DNA from: a virus
Taxonomy: Duplodnaviria > Caudoviricetes
Length of the DNA stretch: 58,747 bases
IMG/VR virus record: IMGVR_UViG_3300033148_009015
Span: 1 to 58,747 of that record
Direction: 5' to 3' (one strand)
A program made the position numbers and the translations under genes. Position 1 is the stretch's first letter; the number at the start of each line of letters is the position of its first letter. Positions 23,998 through 34,161 of this stretch are shown here, piece after piece. Below the pieces are notes generated by a model. It had not been told where the DNA came from. It did no database searches and was given only the letters and a program-made list of their open reading frames with translations.

Positions 23998-25881
23998 ATG
24001 TTCGCCTACGTCACCACGAACGTCAAGCCGCTCGTCCGGGTGGACTCGATGGAGGGCCGCGACTGGCTCGTCGGCCCGATGGTCATGATAACCGAGGGCG
24101 TGCACAGCGGCAGTGACGGCCCGATATACTATCCTGCCGATGAGCTGGAGAAGGCCGCACCGACATGGAACTACCGGCCAGTCGTGGTGTACCACCCCTC
24201 GGCGAACGGCTCGGCGGCGACCGCCTGTGACCCGACCGAGTTGACCAGGCGCAAAATCGGCGTCACGCTGCGCACGCAGTTCGACGCCGAGAAGAAGCGC
24301 GTCCGCGCCGAGGCGTGGATGGAGCCGGAGCGCCTGGCGAAGGTTGACGGTCGCGTCGCCGAGGCCGTGGAGAACCAGAAGATGATGGAGGTCTCGACCG
24401 GCGTGTTCATGGACCTCGAGCGCAAGGAGGGCGAATGGAACGGCGAGAAGTTCGTCGGCATCGCGCGCAACATCGCCCTCGACCACCTGGCCGTGCTGCC
24501 GGATGCCAAGGGCGCCTGCTCTATCGAGGACGGCGCTGGGCTGCTGCGCCTGAACGAGGCGGGCGACGACACGCTCATCTTCGAGGACAACGTCGAGACG
24601 ACCGACCGCTATGTGCACGTCCCGGTCAAGGACGCCTCGCTGTTCGAGGATGGCTCGCTGCGGACCATCTGGATTTCGCGCAGTAAGGGCATAAAGGCGG
24701 TCGTCGGCAAGCTCAAGACCGATGGCGAGGGCACGACCATACAGAAATACCTGTTCGTGAAGGAGCAGTGGTCCACCGAGGATGCCGTCGCCTGGGCGAA
24801 GCGCCACAAGACCACAGACAACGCCTGGCAGGTGATTCTCAACGAGCTGTCCTATTCGGCAGTCGAGCGGTTGCTCGCCCAGGCACTACGCCAGAGGAAG
24901 GGCAATGACAACTACATAGCGGAGGTGCATGAGGATTACCTGATTTACGAGAACGACGGAATCCTGTACCGGCAATCGTACACGCTGGATGCAGAGACCG
25001 AAGAGGTCGAGTTCACCGGCGAGCCCGTCCGTGTGCGCCGGCAGGTGACATATATCACAGAGAACGCCGTGGAGAACGCCGAGTGGACGGCTCGTTACAT
25101 CAACGACCTCCCGGACTCGGCGTTCTTGTACATCGAGCCAGGCGGCAAGAAGGACGAGGAAGGCAAGACCACGCCCCGGCGGCTGCGTCACTTCCCGTAC
25201 AAGGACGCCAGCGGTAAAATCGATTTGCCGCACCTGCGGAACGCCCTGGCGAGGATTCCCCAGAGCAAACTGTCGAAGGCTATCAAGGAGCGCCTCGCCG
25301 CCAAGGCGCGCCGACTACTGGAAAAGGCAAAGACACAGAACCAGCGAATGAAAGGAAGTCTGATGGACAGGGACGAAATCATCAACTCACTCATCGAGTC
25401 GGAGCACACCGACTGGACCGAGGACGACCGTGACGAGTTGGCCGCCATGAGCGAGAAGGCGCTCACGGCGCTCGCGGCGGCAGCCAACGAGGACGACGCT
25501 GAAGCGGCCGAGCAGAGGCCCGCGGAAGGCTCGAGCCAGCAGCAGGAAGGCCAGCAGCCTGCCGATGACCCGACGGTAAACGCCCTCGAGCGCGCCGAGG
25601 CATTCGTAGCCAATGCCCCGCCCGAGGTGCGCGAGCTCCTTCAGGACGGCGTAAATCGCCTGCGCGAGGAGCGCGAATCGCTCGTCCGCGTCATAATGGC
25701 GAACGAGCGCAACATGTTCGACCGCGAGCAGCTCGATGGCAAGCCGATTCACGAGCTGCGGGCGATTGCGAAGCTGGCCGAGCCGAAGCGCATCGCACTC
25801 TACAGCGGCCAGGCGGACGTCCGCAACGAGACGCTGCCCGAGCCGCTGCCGCTGCCGTCAACGGCGCCCAAGGCCAGCTAA
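23998..25881 (+). CDS. Prohead protease/scaffold (DUF2213-like) with extra domains
   Basis: PVVVYHP, EVSTG, DHLAVLP...GACS..DG.G; acidic scaffold C-terminus. Confidence 0.8.
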   Translation: MFAYVTTNVKPLVRVDSMEGRDWLVGPMVMITEGVHSGSDGPIYYPADELEKAAPTWNYRPVVVYHPSANGSAATACDPTELTRRKIGVTLRTQFDAEKKRVRAEAWMEPERLAKVDGRVAEAVENQKMMEVSTGVFMDLERKEGEWNGEKFVGIARNIALDHLAVLPDAKGACSIEDGAGLLRLNEAGDDTLIFEDNVETTDRYVHVPVKDASLFEDGSLRTIWISRSKGIKAVVGKLKTDGEGTTIQKYLFVKEQWSTEDAVAWAKRHKTTDNAWQVILNELSYSAVERLLAQALRQRKGNDNYIAEVHEDYLIYENDGILYRQSYTLDAETEEVEFTGEPVRVRRQVTYITENAVENAEWTARYINDLPDSAFLYIEPGGKKDEEGKTTPRRLRHFPYKDASGKIDLPHLRNALARIPQSKLSKAIKERLAAKARRLLEKAKTQNQRMKGSLMDRDEIINSLIESEHTDWTEDDRDELAAMSEKALTALAAAANEDDAEAAEQRPAEGSSQQQEGQQPADDPTVNALERAEAFVANAPPEVRELLQDGVNRLREERESLVRVIMANERNMFDREQLDGKPIHELRAIAKLAEPKRIALYSGQADVRNETLPEPLPLPSTAPKAS

Positions 25882-25937
25882 GGCGACAAAACAGCGAAAC
25901 ATAGACTCATTGATTGCACTTGAAAGGACGAAGAAAG

Positions 25938-26372
25938 ATGGCCTACAGGACAATCCACTCGAAGGGCGACTACCGCACCGAGGAGGTGGCCGCGGCCGGA
26001 ACGATTACGCCCGGCATGCTGTGCGAGATGACCAGTGCCGCCACGGTGCAGGCCCACTCGACCGAGGGCGGCCGCGCCGAACGTCTCGTGGCGATGGAGG
26101 ACGCGCTGCAGGGCCGCGCCGTCAGCACCAACTACTCGGCGAGCGAAATAGTGACGCTCGGCCTGCCGGTTCCTGGCACGGAGATGGCGATGCTCATCGC
26201 CTCCGGCGAGTCGGCCAACATCGGCGACGAGCTGGTCAGCGCCGGCGACGGCACGCTTAAGAACGCGAGCAACCTCGCCAGCGCCAGTATGAACGAGCAG
26301 GTGATTGCAATCGCGGTCGAATCGTTCACGACGCTCAGCGAGAACACGCTGAAGCTCGTGCGCATCGTATAG
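25938..26372 (+). CDS. Head decoration/cement protein
   Basis: AAGTITPGML, GDELVSAGDGTL; lies between scaffold and capsid genes. Confidence 0.75.
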   Translation: MAYRTIHSKGDYRTEEVAAAGTITPGMLCEMTSAATVQAHSTEGGRAERLVAMEDALQGRAVSTNYSASEIVTLGLPVPGTEMAMLIASGESANIGDELVSAGDGTLKNASNLASASMNEQVIAIAVESFTTLSENTLKLVRIV

Positions 26373-26426
26373 CGCCCGCGGAGAAGAACCAGGCATTCGA
26401 CACTCGCAAATGAAAGGAAATCACAA

Positions 26427-27512
26427 ATGCGTTCAACCGACGAAAATGCCAGCATAGCTTTCGGCCTTCAGCAGATGGCCGGCGGCTCTTCGATAGCGGA
26501 CCGTCTCTTGTCCGCGAACATGGACGTCGGCGTCCTGCGGCCGTGGTACGACCCGCAGACGCGCCGGTCGTACTGGACGCGGCGCGACGCCAGCGGACGA
26601 CAGCAGACGGTTGTGTGCAACGCGAACACCGTCCTCACCAAGGAAGCCTGGATGCAGCTGGATACGGCCATTATGAAGGCCGCGCTGCAGCGCCTCCGCG
26701 TCGTCCAGGACCTCCGCAACGCGGGCCTGAGCTTCAACCTGCCGAACGGACTCGGTACGACCGTGCTCGAGTACCAGCGGATGAGCGACATCAACGACGC
26801 GACCGTCAGCATGGACGGCCTGCGGTTCGGCGCCGCGGACCGGCCGGAGTTCGACCTCCAATACCTGCCGCTGCCGATAGTACATAAGGACTTCACGTTC
26901 AGCGCCCGGCAGATTCAGGCGTCGCGCAACGGCATGGCGCCGCTGGACACGACGATGGGCGAGCAGGCCGCCCGCAAGGTCGCCGAGATGGTCGAGAAGC
27001 TCACGCTCGGCGTGGCCTCGACGTACTCGTTCGGCGGTGGGACCGTGTACGGCATGGCGAACTTCACCAACCGGCTCACCCGGACGCTCACCGACCCGAC
27101 ATCCAGCGGCTGGACGGCCGCCACGACCCTCGACGAGGTGCTGGCGATGAAGCAGCAGAGCCAGGACGCCTACCACTTCGGGCCGTGGATGCTGTACGTC
27201 GCCACCGCCTGGGACCGCTACATCGACAACGACATGAGCAGCTCGTACCCGAACAAGACGCTGCGAATGCGGCTGCGGGAAATCGACGGAATCCAGGACG
27301 TCCGCACGGCGGACTTCTTGAGCGACTACGACATGGTTCTCGTCGAGCTCAACCCGGAGGTCATCCGCATCGTCATCGGGCTGGACATCACTACGGTTCA
27401 GTGGGACAGTGAGGGCGGCCTGCGGAAGAACTTCAAGGTCATGACCATTATGGTCCCGCAGGTGCGGGCCGACATCAACGATAACACCGGCATCGTGCAC
27501 GGCAGCGTGTAG
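26427..27512 (+). CDS. Major capsid protein (HK97 fold, encapsulin/DUF2184-like)
   Basis: 361 aa; PLPIVHKDF, AARKVAE, YG..NF; position; RBS. Confidence 0.85.
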   Translation: MRSTDENASIAFGLQQMAGGSSIADRLLSANMDVGVLRPWYDPQTRRSYWTRRDASGRQQTVVCNANTVLTKEAWMQLDTAIMKAALQRLRVVQDLRNAGLSFNLPNGLGTTVLEYQRMSDINDATVSMDGLRFGAADRPEFDLQYLPLPIVHKDFTFSARQIQASRNGMAPLDTTMGEQAARKVAEMVEKLTLGVASTYSFGGGTVYGMANFTNRLTRTLTDPTSSGWTAATTLDEVLAMKQQSQDAYHFGPWMLYVATAWDRYIDNDMSSSYPNKTLRMRLREIDGIQDVRTADFLSDYDMVLVELNPEVIRIVIGLDITTVQWDSEGGLRKNFKVMTIMVPQVRADINDNTGIVHGSV

Positions 27513-27567
27513 CAGCGGCGGTAGCTGCCGCAGCTGAAACCTTGGTCCACGGACAAGGAGACTACGG

Positions 27568-28005
27568 ATGTACTTTCAGTTACTTCGCGGCGTACACGTC
27601 GAGCGCGGCGGCAGGACGTATCAGGCCGTCCGCAAGACGGACAAGGCCGGCAGGATAATCTCGGAGAAGCTGCCGGTCGTCGAATCAGACACCGACCTGG
27701 TCCGGGCGTTCGGGCCGGAAAAGTTCCGGGCGCTTGCGCCCGACGAGGCACGCATCCTCCTGGCCGGCGGTAAAGCGCCGGAGGCGGCACCCAGCGCCTC
27801 CGGCGCGCCGGTTGAAGCCGGCGGCACGGACCAGGACGTTACGGCCCGCTTCCCGAAGGCGGCGGCGGCCGGACTATCCGTGACGCACCTGGCCGCCGGC
27901 GGCTACATTGTAGCGGACGCCGAGACCGGCGAAGCGCTCTGCGACGAGCCGCTGAAGAGCCGCATCAAGGTGCACCAGTTCGTCAAGGCGTACACGGAGC
28001 AATGA
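27568..28005 (+). CDS. Hypothetical virion-associated protein
   Basis: RBS AAGGAG; follows the capsid gene. Confidence 0.7.
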   Translation: MYFQLLRGVHVERGGRTYQAVRKTDKAGRIISEKLPVVESDTDLVRAFGPEKFRALAPDEARILLAGGKAPEAAPSASGAPVEAGGTDQDVTARFPKAAAAGLSVTHLAAGGYIVADAETGEALCDEPLKSRIKVHQFVKAYTEQ

Positions 28006-28006
28006 G

Positions 28007-28684
28007 ATGCCCCGGTGGGAACCGAAGCCGATTTGGGCCGGCCGCGACTGCTTCATCGTCGGCGGCGGGCCGTCTCTGCGGGGATTCGACTTCTCTCTGC
28101 TGCGCGCCGAGCGGGCGATAGGCTGCAACAACGCCTTCCGGCTCGGACCGGAGGTCTGCGACTACTGCGTGTTCGTGGACCGCAAGTTCATCATCGGCCC
28201 CGACGGCAAGCCCCGCAGCGGCTTCTACGACGGGCTGGCCGAGTTCGGCAATCCGGTCATAACGTCGGAGCCACGCCTGCGCGACCGGCCGGAGAGATGG
28301 CTCTACTGGTATCCGCGCAAGGCGCAGGGTCTGCACCGGGACGCGCTGGGCTACAACTACAATTGCGGCGCGACCACCATAAACGCCGCGCTGCTGTTGG
28401 GAGCGACCACGGTCTACCTGCTCGGCTTCGACATGCACCTAGGCGACAGGGGCGAGCCGAACTGGCATTCGCATCTTATCGACAGGCCGAGCCCGAACGT
28501 GTACTTCCGCATGCTGGCGGCGTTCGCACACGTCAAGCGCGACCTGGCGGAGAAGTTCCCCGGCTGCCGCGTCGTCAACGTCAACGACGATTCGGCGCTG
28601 AAGTGCTTCCCGACGGTCGGAACCGCGCAGTTCTGGGCCGAGCGGGCGCGCGGGAGAAAGGAGGCGGCCGCCTGTGGCAGTTAG
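28007..28684 (+). CDS. DUF115/Maf-like (sialyltransferase-like) Rossmann protein
   Basis: FIVGGGPSL, AIGCNNA, VYLLGFDM; paralogous to 45660..46259. Confidence 0.75.
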   Translation: MPRWEPKPIWAGRDCFIVGGGPSLRGFDFSLLRAERAIGCNNAFRLGPEVCDYCVFVDRKFIIGPDGKPRSGFYDGLAEFGNPVITSEPRLRDRPERWLYWYPRKAQGLHRDALGYNYNCGATTINAALLLGATTVYLLGFDMHLGDRGEPNWHSHLIDRPSPNVYFRMLAAFAHVKRDLAEKFPGCRVVNVNDDSALKCFPTVGTAQFWAERARGRKEAAACGS

Positions 28685-29078
28685 AACGACCGAGTCCGCC
28701 GTGCAGGGCATAATCGAGCACGACAGCGGCATATCGCTGGCCCCGTTTATCGAGGCGGCCAGTGCCGTAGTTACCAAGCACTGCACGGACACTGGCTTCA
28801 CCGCGACCGAGCTCGAGCTCATCGAGCGGTGGCTTGCGGCGCACTTCTACGCCGTGCGCGACCCGCGGAGCGTCTCGGAAAAGGCCGGCAGCGTGAGCGA
28901 GACCAGGCAGAACAAGGTGGACCTCGGCTTCGACGTGACGCACTACGGGCAGATGGCGATGCGCCTGGACTGGTCCGGCGCGCTGGCGTCGCTGAACCAG
29001 CAGGCCAAGCAGGGCGGCCGCGTGGCCGTCTCGCTCGACTGGATGGGCACCAAATACGAGGACATGGACGACGATTAG
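28674..29078 (+). CDS. Head-tail adaptor (DUF4054-like)
   Basis: ERWLAAHF...SEKAGSVS...THYGQ. Confidence 0.8.
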   Translation: MAVRTTESAVQGIIEHDSGISLAPFIEAASAVVTKHCTDTGFTATELELIERWLAAHFYAVRDPRSVSEKAGSVSETRQNKVDLGFDVTHYGQMAMRLDWSGALASLNQQAKQGGRVAVSLDWMGTKYEDMDDD

Positions 29079-29089
29079 GAGACGTGGCG

Positions 29090-29635
29090 ATGGTTGACTG
29101 GATTGTGGCACATTACGTGGAGATATTCGCACTGCTTGGTGCGGTTTATACGGCTGCGCGAATAATCGTGGCGCTCACGCCGACACCGAAGGACGACGAG
29201 GTGGTCGGCGCGCTCTGGAGGGTCGTACAGGCGCTTGCGAAGCTTGTTGGGCTCGACCCGCAACAGGGCCTGCGCTCGGGCAAGGGCGGCGTTCCACCCC
29301 CGCCGCCCGCCGGCGTCGCCGCGTTCATTGCGCTGTCGCTGCTGCTCGGCGGCTGCGGCGCAGAATGGCGCGAGGACCCCAAGGCGGAGCTGCTCGTCGC
29401 GCAGAAGACGTTCTCCGCCGTCGTCAACGCGATGACGGACCTGCGCCGGGCCGGCAAGCTGGACGACGCCGAGACGGACGAGGTGGCGAAGCTGATTCTC
29501 GCGGCGCAGGAGGAGCTGCACCGCTGGCAGGCCGCCGTCGAGGCGGGCCAGCCCCCGCCCACGACGCTTGAGGGCTTCCGCGCGGTCCTTGCCCGGCTGA
29601 TACAAATCGAGCTCGACAAAGGAGGTGCACCATGA
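29090..29635 (+). CDS. Membrane protein: holin-like N-terminus plus lipobox-like segment
   Basis: ARIIVALTPTPKDD holin-like motif; LLLGGC. Confidence 0.6.
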   Translation: MVDWIVAHYVEIFALLGAVYTAARIIVALTPTPKDDEVVGALWRVVQALAKLVGLDPQQGLRSGKGGVPPPPPAGVAAFIALSLLLGGCGAEWREDPKAELLVAQKTFSAVVNAMTDLRRAGKLDDAETDEVAKLILAAQEELHRWQAAVEAGQPPPTTLEGFRAVLARLIQIELDKGGAP

Positions 29636-29829
29636 CCGACATAACGTCGATACTACTCATCGTCAAGCTCGTTGCGGACGGCGTCGGCGTAAGCCGCGAA
29701 ATCGCCGAGCTCGCAAGGCGCGTACTGGCCGGCGAGGAAATCACCGAGGACGAAATCGAGCGCGCCCGCCAGGAAATGGACGCGGCAGTCGAAAGGTTCA
29801 GGCAGGCCGCAGCAGACAGACAGCAGTAG
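29632..29829 (+). CDS. Hypothetical protein
   Basis: RBS AAAGGAGG, ATGA overlap. Confidence 0.7.
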   Translation: MTDITSILLIVKLVADGVGVSREIAELARRVLAGEEITEDEIERARQEMDAAVERFRQAAADRQQ

Positions 29830-29841
29830 GAGCAGACAGGC

Positions 29842-30141
29842 ATGACGACTTTACTGGCTCAGCAGGCGCCGCTCACCGAGATAGGCATCGGCGGAATTCT
29901 CGCCATTCTCCTCATACGGGAGGCCTTCGGCTTCGTTTCGCGGCGCAACGGCACCAAGGGCAGCGCGGTTACGCGCGAGGAGTTGACCGAGCAGCTGCGA
30001 ATGGTCCAGTTCAAGGACAACTGCGAGCAAATCGTCAAGCGAATCGACGAGCGGCTCGATTCAATCCAGCAGAGCCAGGGGACGTTGTCAAGCAGCCTGG
30101 ACGAGCTCAAGGAGATGGTCCGTAGCGGGCAACGACAATGA
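29842..30141 (+). CDS. Membrane protein with coiled coil (holin-like)
   Basis: Single N-terminal TM segment (IGIGGILAILLI). Confidence 0.6.
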   Translation: MTTLLAQQAPLTEIGIGGILAILLIREAFGFVSRRNGTKGSAVTREELTEQLRMVQFKDNCEQIVKRIDERLDSIQQSQGTLSSSLDELKEMVRSGQRQ

Positions 30142-30503
30142 GCATCATATCGCGCATGTTGAAGCAGACGGCCGTGTACTGGGCGCCGGCGGAGAACGAC
30201 ACTGGCGGCGTCGCTGTGGACGACTACGGCCAGCCGCTCTACGCCGACCCGGCGGAGCTTTCCTGCCGATGGGAGGACGCAAACGAGGAGTTCCTCTCAC
30301 CGGACGGGCAGCGGCGCCTCTCCAGGGCCGTCGTGTACGTAGAGAGCGACGTGCGTGTTGGCGGACTGCTGATGCTCGGCGAGTTGGCGGACGTGACCGA
30401 CTCGGACAATCCGAGAAACAACATGGACGCCCACGAGATACGCGCATTTTTCAAGGCGCCGAACCTCCGGGCGACCGAGTACCTGCGAAAGGCGGTTCTC
30501 TGA
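30138..30503 (+). CDS. Head closure/stopper protein
   Basis: QTAVYWAP...DDYGQP...CRWE; position. Confidence 0.7.
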   Translation: MSIISRMLKQTAVYWAPAENDTGGVAVDDYGQPLYADPAELSCRWEDANEEFLSPDGQRRLSRAVVYVESDVRVGGLLMLGELADVTDSDNPRNNMDAHEIRAFFKAPNLRATEYLRKAVL

Positions 30504-30970
30504 TGGCTGCACTGCTCGAGATACGGGGCGTTCAAAGCGTGCTGTCGTCGCTGGCGGCGGCACGCCCGCGCTACGGCGCGGCAATCGAGCGCGGCCTCAA
30601 GAAGGCCGGGCTGTTCCTCCAGCGCGAGAGCCAGAAGATTGTGCCGGTGCAGACCGGCAACCTGAAGAACTCGGCGTTCACGCGCAATGTCGGCGGCAGG
30701 GGCGCGGCCGCCGATGTCGTCGTCGGCTACACCGCCGCCTATGCGGTCTATGTGCACGAGGACCTATCAAAGGCGCACGGCCGCGCGTTCAACGTCAAGC
30801 ACGCGGCCGAAATCGAGCGGGCCAGGGCGCTCGGGCTCAAGGCCGCCACGGCCGAGGGCGGCATGTTCCCGCGCGGCGAGAACCAACAGGCGAAATTCCT
30901 CGAGGCACCGGCGCGGACCAAGCGCCGCGAAATAATGGCAATCATAAGTCGGGAGGCGCGCAAACCTTGA
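30503..30970 (+). CDS. HK97 gp10-like neck/tail-completion protein
   Basis: VPVQTGNLKNS, YAVYVHE, AKFLEAP. Confidence 0.85.
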   Translation: MAALLEIRGVQSVLSSLAAARPRYGAAIERGLKKAGLFLQRESQKIVPVQTGNLKNSAFTRNVGGRGAAADVVVGYTAAYAVYVHEDLSKAHGRAFNVKHAAEIERARALGLKAATAEGGMFPRGENQQAKFLEAPARTKRREIMAIISREARKP

Positions 30971-30989
30971 CGCTTGCGCGGCGACACTC

Positions 30990-31385
30990 ATGGCCGACCT
31001 GCTCATCTACAACAAGGTGCACTGGATTGAGCGGACCGATGCGAAACGCCTCGACATGCTCAAGGCCAAGTACGAGACAAAAAAGGACGCGTTGATTGCG
31101 ATGCACCGAAAGTTCGAGGGCCACTGGCGCAAAGGCGATGTCGTTGATGTCAAGCCGGACGGCTGGTTCGACAAGCACCCGACAGCCGGGCCATTCATCG
31201 TCGTCAAGGCGCCCCAAATGAGCCTTAAGGCCGCTCGGGCGCAACTTCTCCAGGAGGGCGAAATCCATCGGCGAAAGCTGCGCATCAGCAATCTGCCGGA
31301 TGTGACACACACCGGCGGTAAAATGCCGACCGTCGAAGTCGGCCGCGAAATCGCTACTCTTACGTTGACGGATAAGGAGCCGTAG
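30990..31385 (+). CDS. Hypothetical protein
   Basis: 131 aa ORF in the structural operon. Confidence 0.65.
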   Translation: MADLLIYNKVHWIERTDAKRLDMLKAKYETKKDALIAMHRKFEGHWRKGDVVDVKPDGWFDKHPTAGPFIVVKAPQMSLKAARAQLLQEGEIHRRKLRISNLPDVTHTGGKMPTVEVGREIATLTLTDKEP

Positions 31386-31387
31386 CG

Positions 31388-33574
31388 ATGGCGACCAAGT
31401 TCACAGCGACCGTCAATACGGCCGGTGGCGGGACATCGTATAACTCGCTCAGCGCTGCCGAGGCAGGCTTGCAGTGCGACTTGACAGCCGCGACGACTAA
31501 AGTATTCTCGCACGGCGGCATTACCGGTACGATAAACGACAATGCCAGCGTCACCGGCAAGACTTCCGGCGCGACGGCTACAGTGGTGCACTGTACGAGC
31601 AGCCAGATTCTCCTGGAGAACATCTCCGGCACGTTCCAGTCCGGTGAGCAGGTCTATGTCACTCAGGATACGGATTACGTCGTCATAAGCGACGCTGGTG
31701 ACAGCGCCTACGTCTCCATCGAATGTCAGGGCGGAGTGGATTCGACGTACGTGGTTGTGGATGGCTGGACGACCGATTCAAGCCATTACGTTGAGATTAC
31801 CGTAGTAGCGGGTGAGCGGCACAGCGGAACATATCCGACATCAGGTTATCGTTTGGAGGTTGCGGACCCAGGTGCTATCAGAATCAACAACGATTATGTC
31901 AAAATCTTTTGGCTGCCGATAACAGCGACGAACAACGGCGCGGCATCTCGTGGCATCAGAGTCTATTACGCCGATACAATCACAATAGGCTATTGTATCG
32001 TACGGGGCACGCGAGGAGCATCGCCGAGCGATGCGCACTATGGTATTTCCGTATTCGAGGGTTCGGCGTCTGTATTTAACTGCATTGTCTATGACTTTCC
32101 TAACGGCGGTGTAAGTGGGATAGGCCTTAGCAGTCGTGGAACATTGGACGCCTACAATTGCACGGTGCACAATTGCGAGATGGGTTTTTCGTCGTCCTAC
32201 GGCAGAGGCTCCTGCACCAACTGTGTTATCTTCGAGTGTGATGATGATTTCGATGGCGGCACGATTGTGAACTGCGCCTCCGACGACGGCGATGGGACGA
32301 ACGCGCAAACGCTCGATTCATCGGACGGCTACGCCAACGAGTTCGCCGACGCGGCCAATCACGACTACAGCCTGGTAAGTGGCAGCGTATGCATCGACAA
32401 CGGGACCAGTGACCCTGGCAGCGGCCTCTATTCCGACGACATCGTCGGCACGAGCCGCCCGCAGGGCAGCGGATGGGACATAGGAGCGTTCGAGAAATCG
32501 GCCGGCCTCAGCGAGACCGGCCTTGCCGCCTCAGCGAGCGCATCGGCGGTTTCCGGTGACACGGCGGTGCTTGCCGACTCTGGGCTTGGCGCCCAGGCCT
32601 CCGGGGCGGCCAGCGCGGCGGACGCGGCAACGCGCATCGAGTTGGCCCGCACCGCTCAGGCAATGGCGCAGTCCACAGGGGCGGATTACCTGGCCGCAAG
32701 CGAGTCCGCCATGCCGGTCCAGGCCATAGCGAGCGCATCGGCAGCAGACGCACTCGCTTTTGGCGAGCCGAACCTTGCCATTCAGGCGACGGCGCAGGCG
32801 TCGGCAACAGATACGCTGCCATTCAGCGAACTCGGCCTTGCCGCCCAGGCGTCGGCCCAAGCATCCGCCGCGGACGCGGCAAGCGCAAGCGAGGCAACGA
32901 GCGCATCTGCTGTGGCATCGGCAACTGCTGCCTATGAGTCGTTCGGGCTCATTGAGACGGGCCTCCAGGCCCAGGCGGCAGCACAGGTGGCCGTGACCGA
33001 GGCGGCTGCCATGAAAGACCTTACCCTTGGCATTTCGGGGTCTGCCCAGTCGGCAAGCAGCGACGCGGCCGTGATGGGTGAGGCGCAATTGCCCGCGCAG
33101 GCCGCCGCAAGCGTCGTCACGGCCTCGGAGTTGTTCGGGCTCATCGAGGCAGGTCTGCAAGCCCACGCAAGCGCGCAGGCAGCCGCAAGCGATATGGCGG
33201 CATTGGTCGAGTCCTCGCGAGCCGTCTCGGCATCCGGCCAGGCCGCCGCCAGCGACGCCGCGATTGCAAGCGAGACGCAGCTGTCCGCACAGGCCGCCGC
33301 CAATATCTCCGTCGCCTACCAGCTGTTCGGCATCATCGAGACCGGCCTCGGCGTTTCGGCGTTGGCATCGGTTTCCGGCAGCGGCACGGCGGCATTCGTC
33401 GAGCCGGCACCGGCTGCCTCGGCGTCGGCATCTACAGTGTCGGCCGATACTATCTCCGCCCAGGACCTCGGCCTTGCCGCATCGGCGTCCGCGCGGACCG
33501 GCGCGACAGATAGTTTGGCCAGCGGGGTTGCCGCGATTGCGGCATACTGTATAATGCGGCAGGTTACGAGCTGA
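31388..33574 (+). CDS. Structural appendage protein: beta-helix (pectin-lyase-like) domain plus Ala-rich repeat stalk
   Basis: Repeated FNCIVY/YNCTVHNC/TNCVIF, WDIGAFE end motif, then about 24-aa ExGL.AQASA.A repeats. Confidence 0.7.
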   Translation: MATKFTATVNTAGGGTSYNSLSAAEAGLQCDLTAATTKVFSHGGITGTINDNASVTGKTSGATATVVHCTSSQILLENISGTFQSGEQVYVTQDTDYVVISDAGDSAYVSIECQGGVDSTYVVVDGWTTDSSHYVEITVVAGERHSGTYPTSGYRLEVADPGAIRINNDYVKIFWLPITATNNGAASRGIRVYYADTITIGYCIVRGTRGASPSDAHYGISVFEGSASVFNCIVYDFPNGGVSGIGLSSRGTLDAYNCTVHNCEMGFSSSYGRGSCTNCVIFECDDDFDGGTIVNCASDDGDGTNAQTLDSSDGYANEFADAANHDYSLVSGSVCIDNGTSDPGSGLYSDDIVGTSRPQGSGWDIGAFEKSAGLSETGLAASASASAVSGDTAVLADSGLGAQASGAASAADAATRIELARTAQAMAQSTGADYLAASESAMPVQAIASASAADALAFGEPNLAIQATAQASATDTLPFSELGLAAQASAQASAADAASASEATSASAVASATAAYESFGLIETGLQAQAAAQVAVTEAAAMKDLTLGISGSAQSASSDAAVMGEAQLPAQAAASVVTASELFGLIEAGLQAHASAQAAASDMAALVESSRAVSASGQAAASDAAIASETQLSAQAAANISVAYQLFGIIETGLGVSALASVSGSGTAAFVEPAPAASASASTVSADTISAQDLGLAASASARTGATDSLASGVAAIAAYCIMRQVTS

Positions 33575-33740
33575 GCAAAAACGGACACGGACAATGAAAA
33601 CGAAGAACAGCAAGCCGGGCGAGGAGCATCGAAGGCCGAGAATGCCGTTCCGCGCCAAGTGCACCGACAGGCTTATCGCGCGAGAGTCGCTCAAGCTCCG
33701 CGCGAAATCGGGGACGGCGAAGTAGCAAGGAGAAATTATC

Positions 33741-34157
33741 ATGTCGAATGAAATCTGTACCGAGGGATTGCAATACATCTTGGAGACGGCCTTCAGCGAG
33801 GAGCAGAGCGTCCCAGTGAACTTCTATATGGGTCTGTGCACCGACGCCAGCGTCGCCGAGGGCGCGGGGCTCACGGACTTGACCGAAGTCACCGGCTCCG
33901 GCTACGCGCGCCAGACCGTCCCCAGCGATACGAACGGCTTCACGTCGGCCAGCACAGGGACGGGCGATTGGAAGGTCACGACTTCGACCGAGACGTTCAG
34001 CGCCACGGGTACGTGGACCGGCGCGACGCACGCCTTCCTGGCCACCACCAACGACAACAGCGGCAAGCTCATCGCCGTCGCGGAGCTCTCGACCACGCGG
34101 ACGCTCCAGAACGGCGACTCGCTCCAGGTCTCGATGGAGCTCACATTGGCAGGCTAA
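33741..34157 (+). CDS. Virion structural protein (fibre/baseplate-associated)
   Basis: YMGLCTD...EVTGSGYARQ...RTLQNGDSL; RBS AAGGAG. Confidence 0.7.
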   Translation: MSNEICTEGLQYILETAFSEEQSVPVNFYMGLCTDASVAEGAGLTDLTEVTGSGYARQTVPSDTNGFTSASTGTGDWKVTTSTETFSATGTWTGATHAFLATTNDNSGKLIAVAELSTTRTLQNGDSLQVSMELTLAG

Positions 34158-34161
34158 GACA

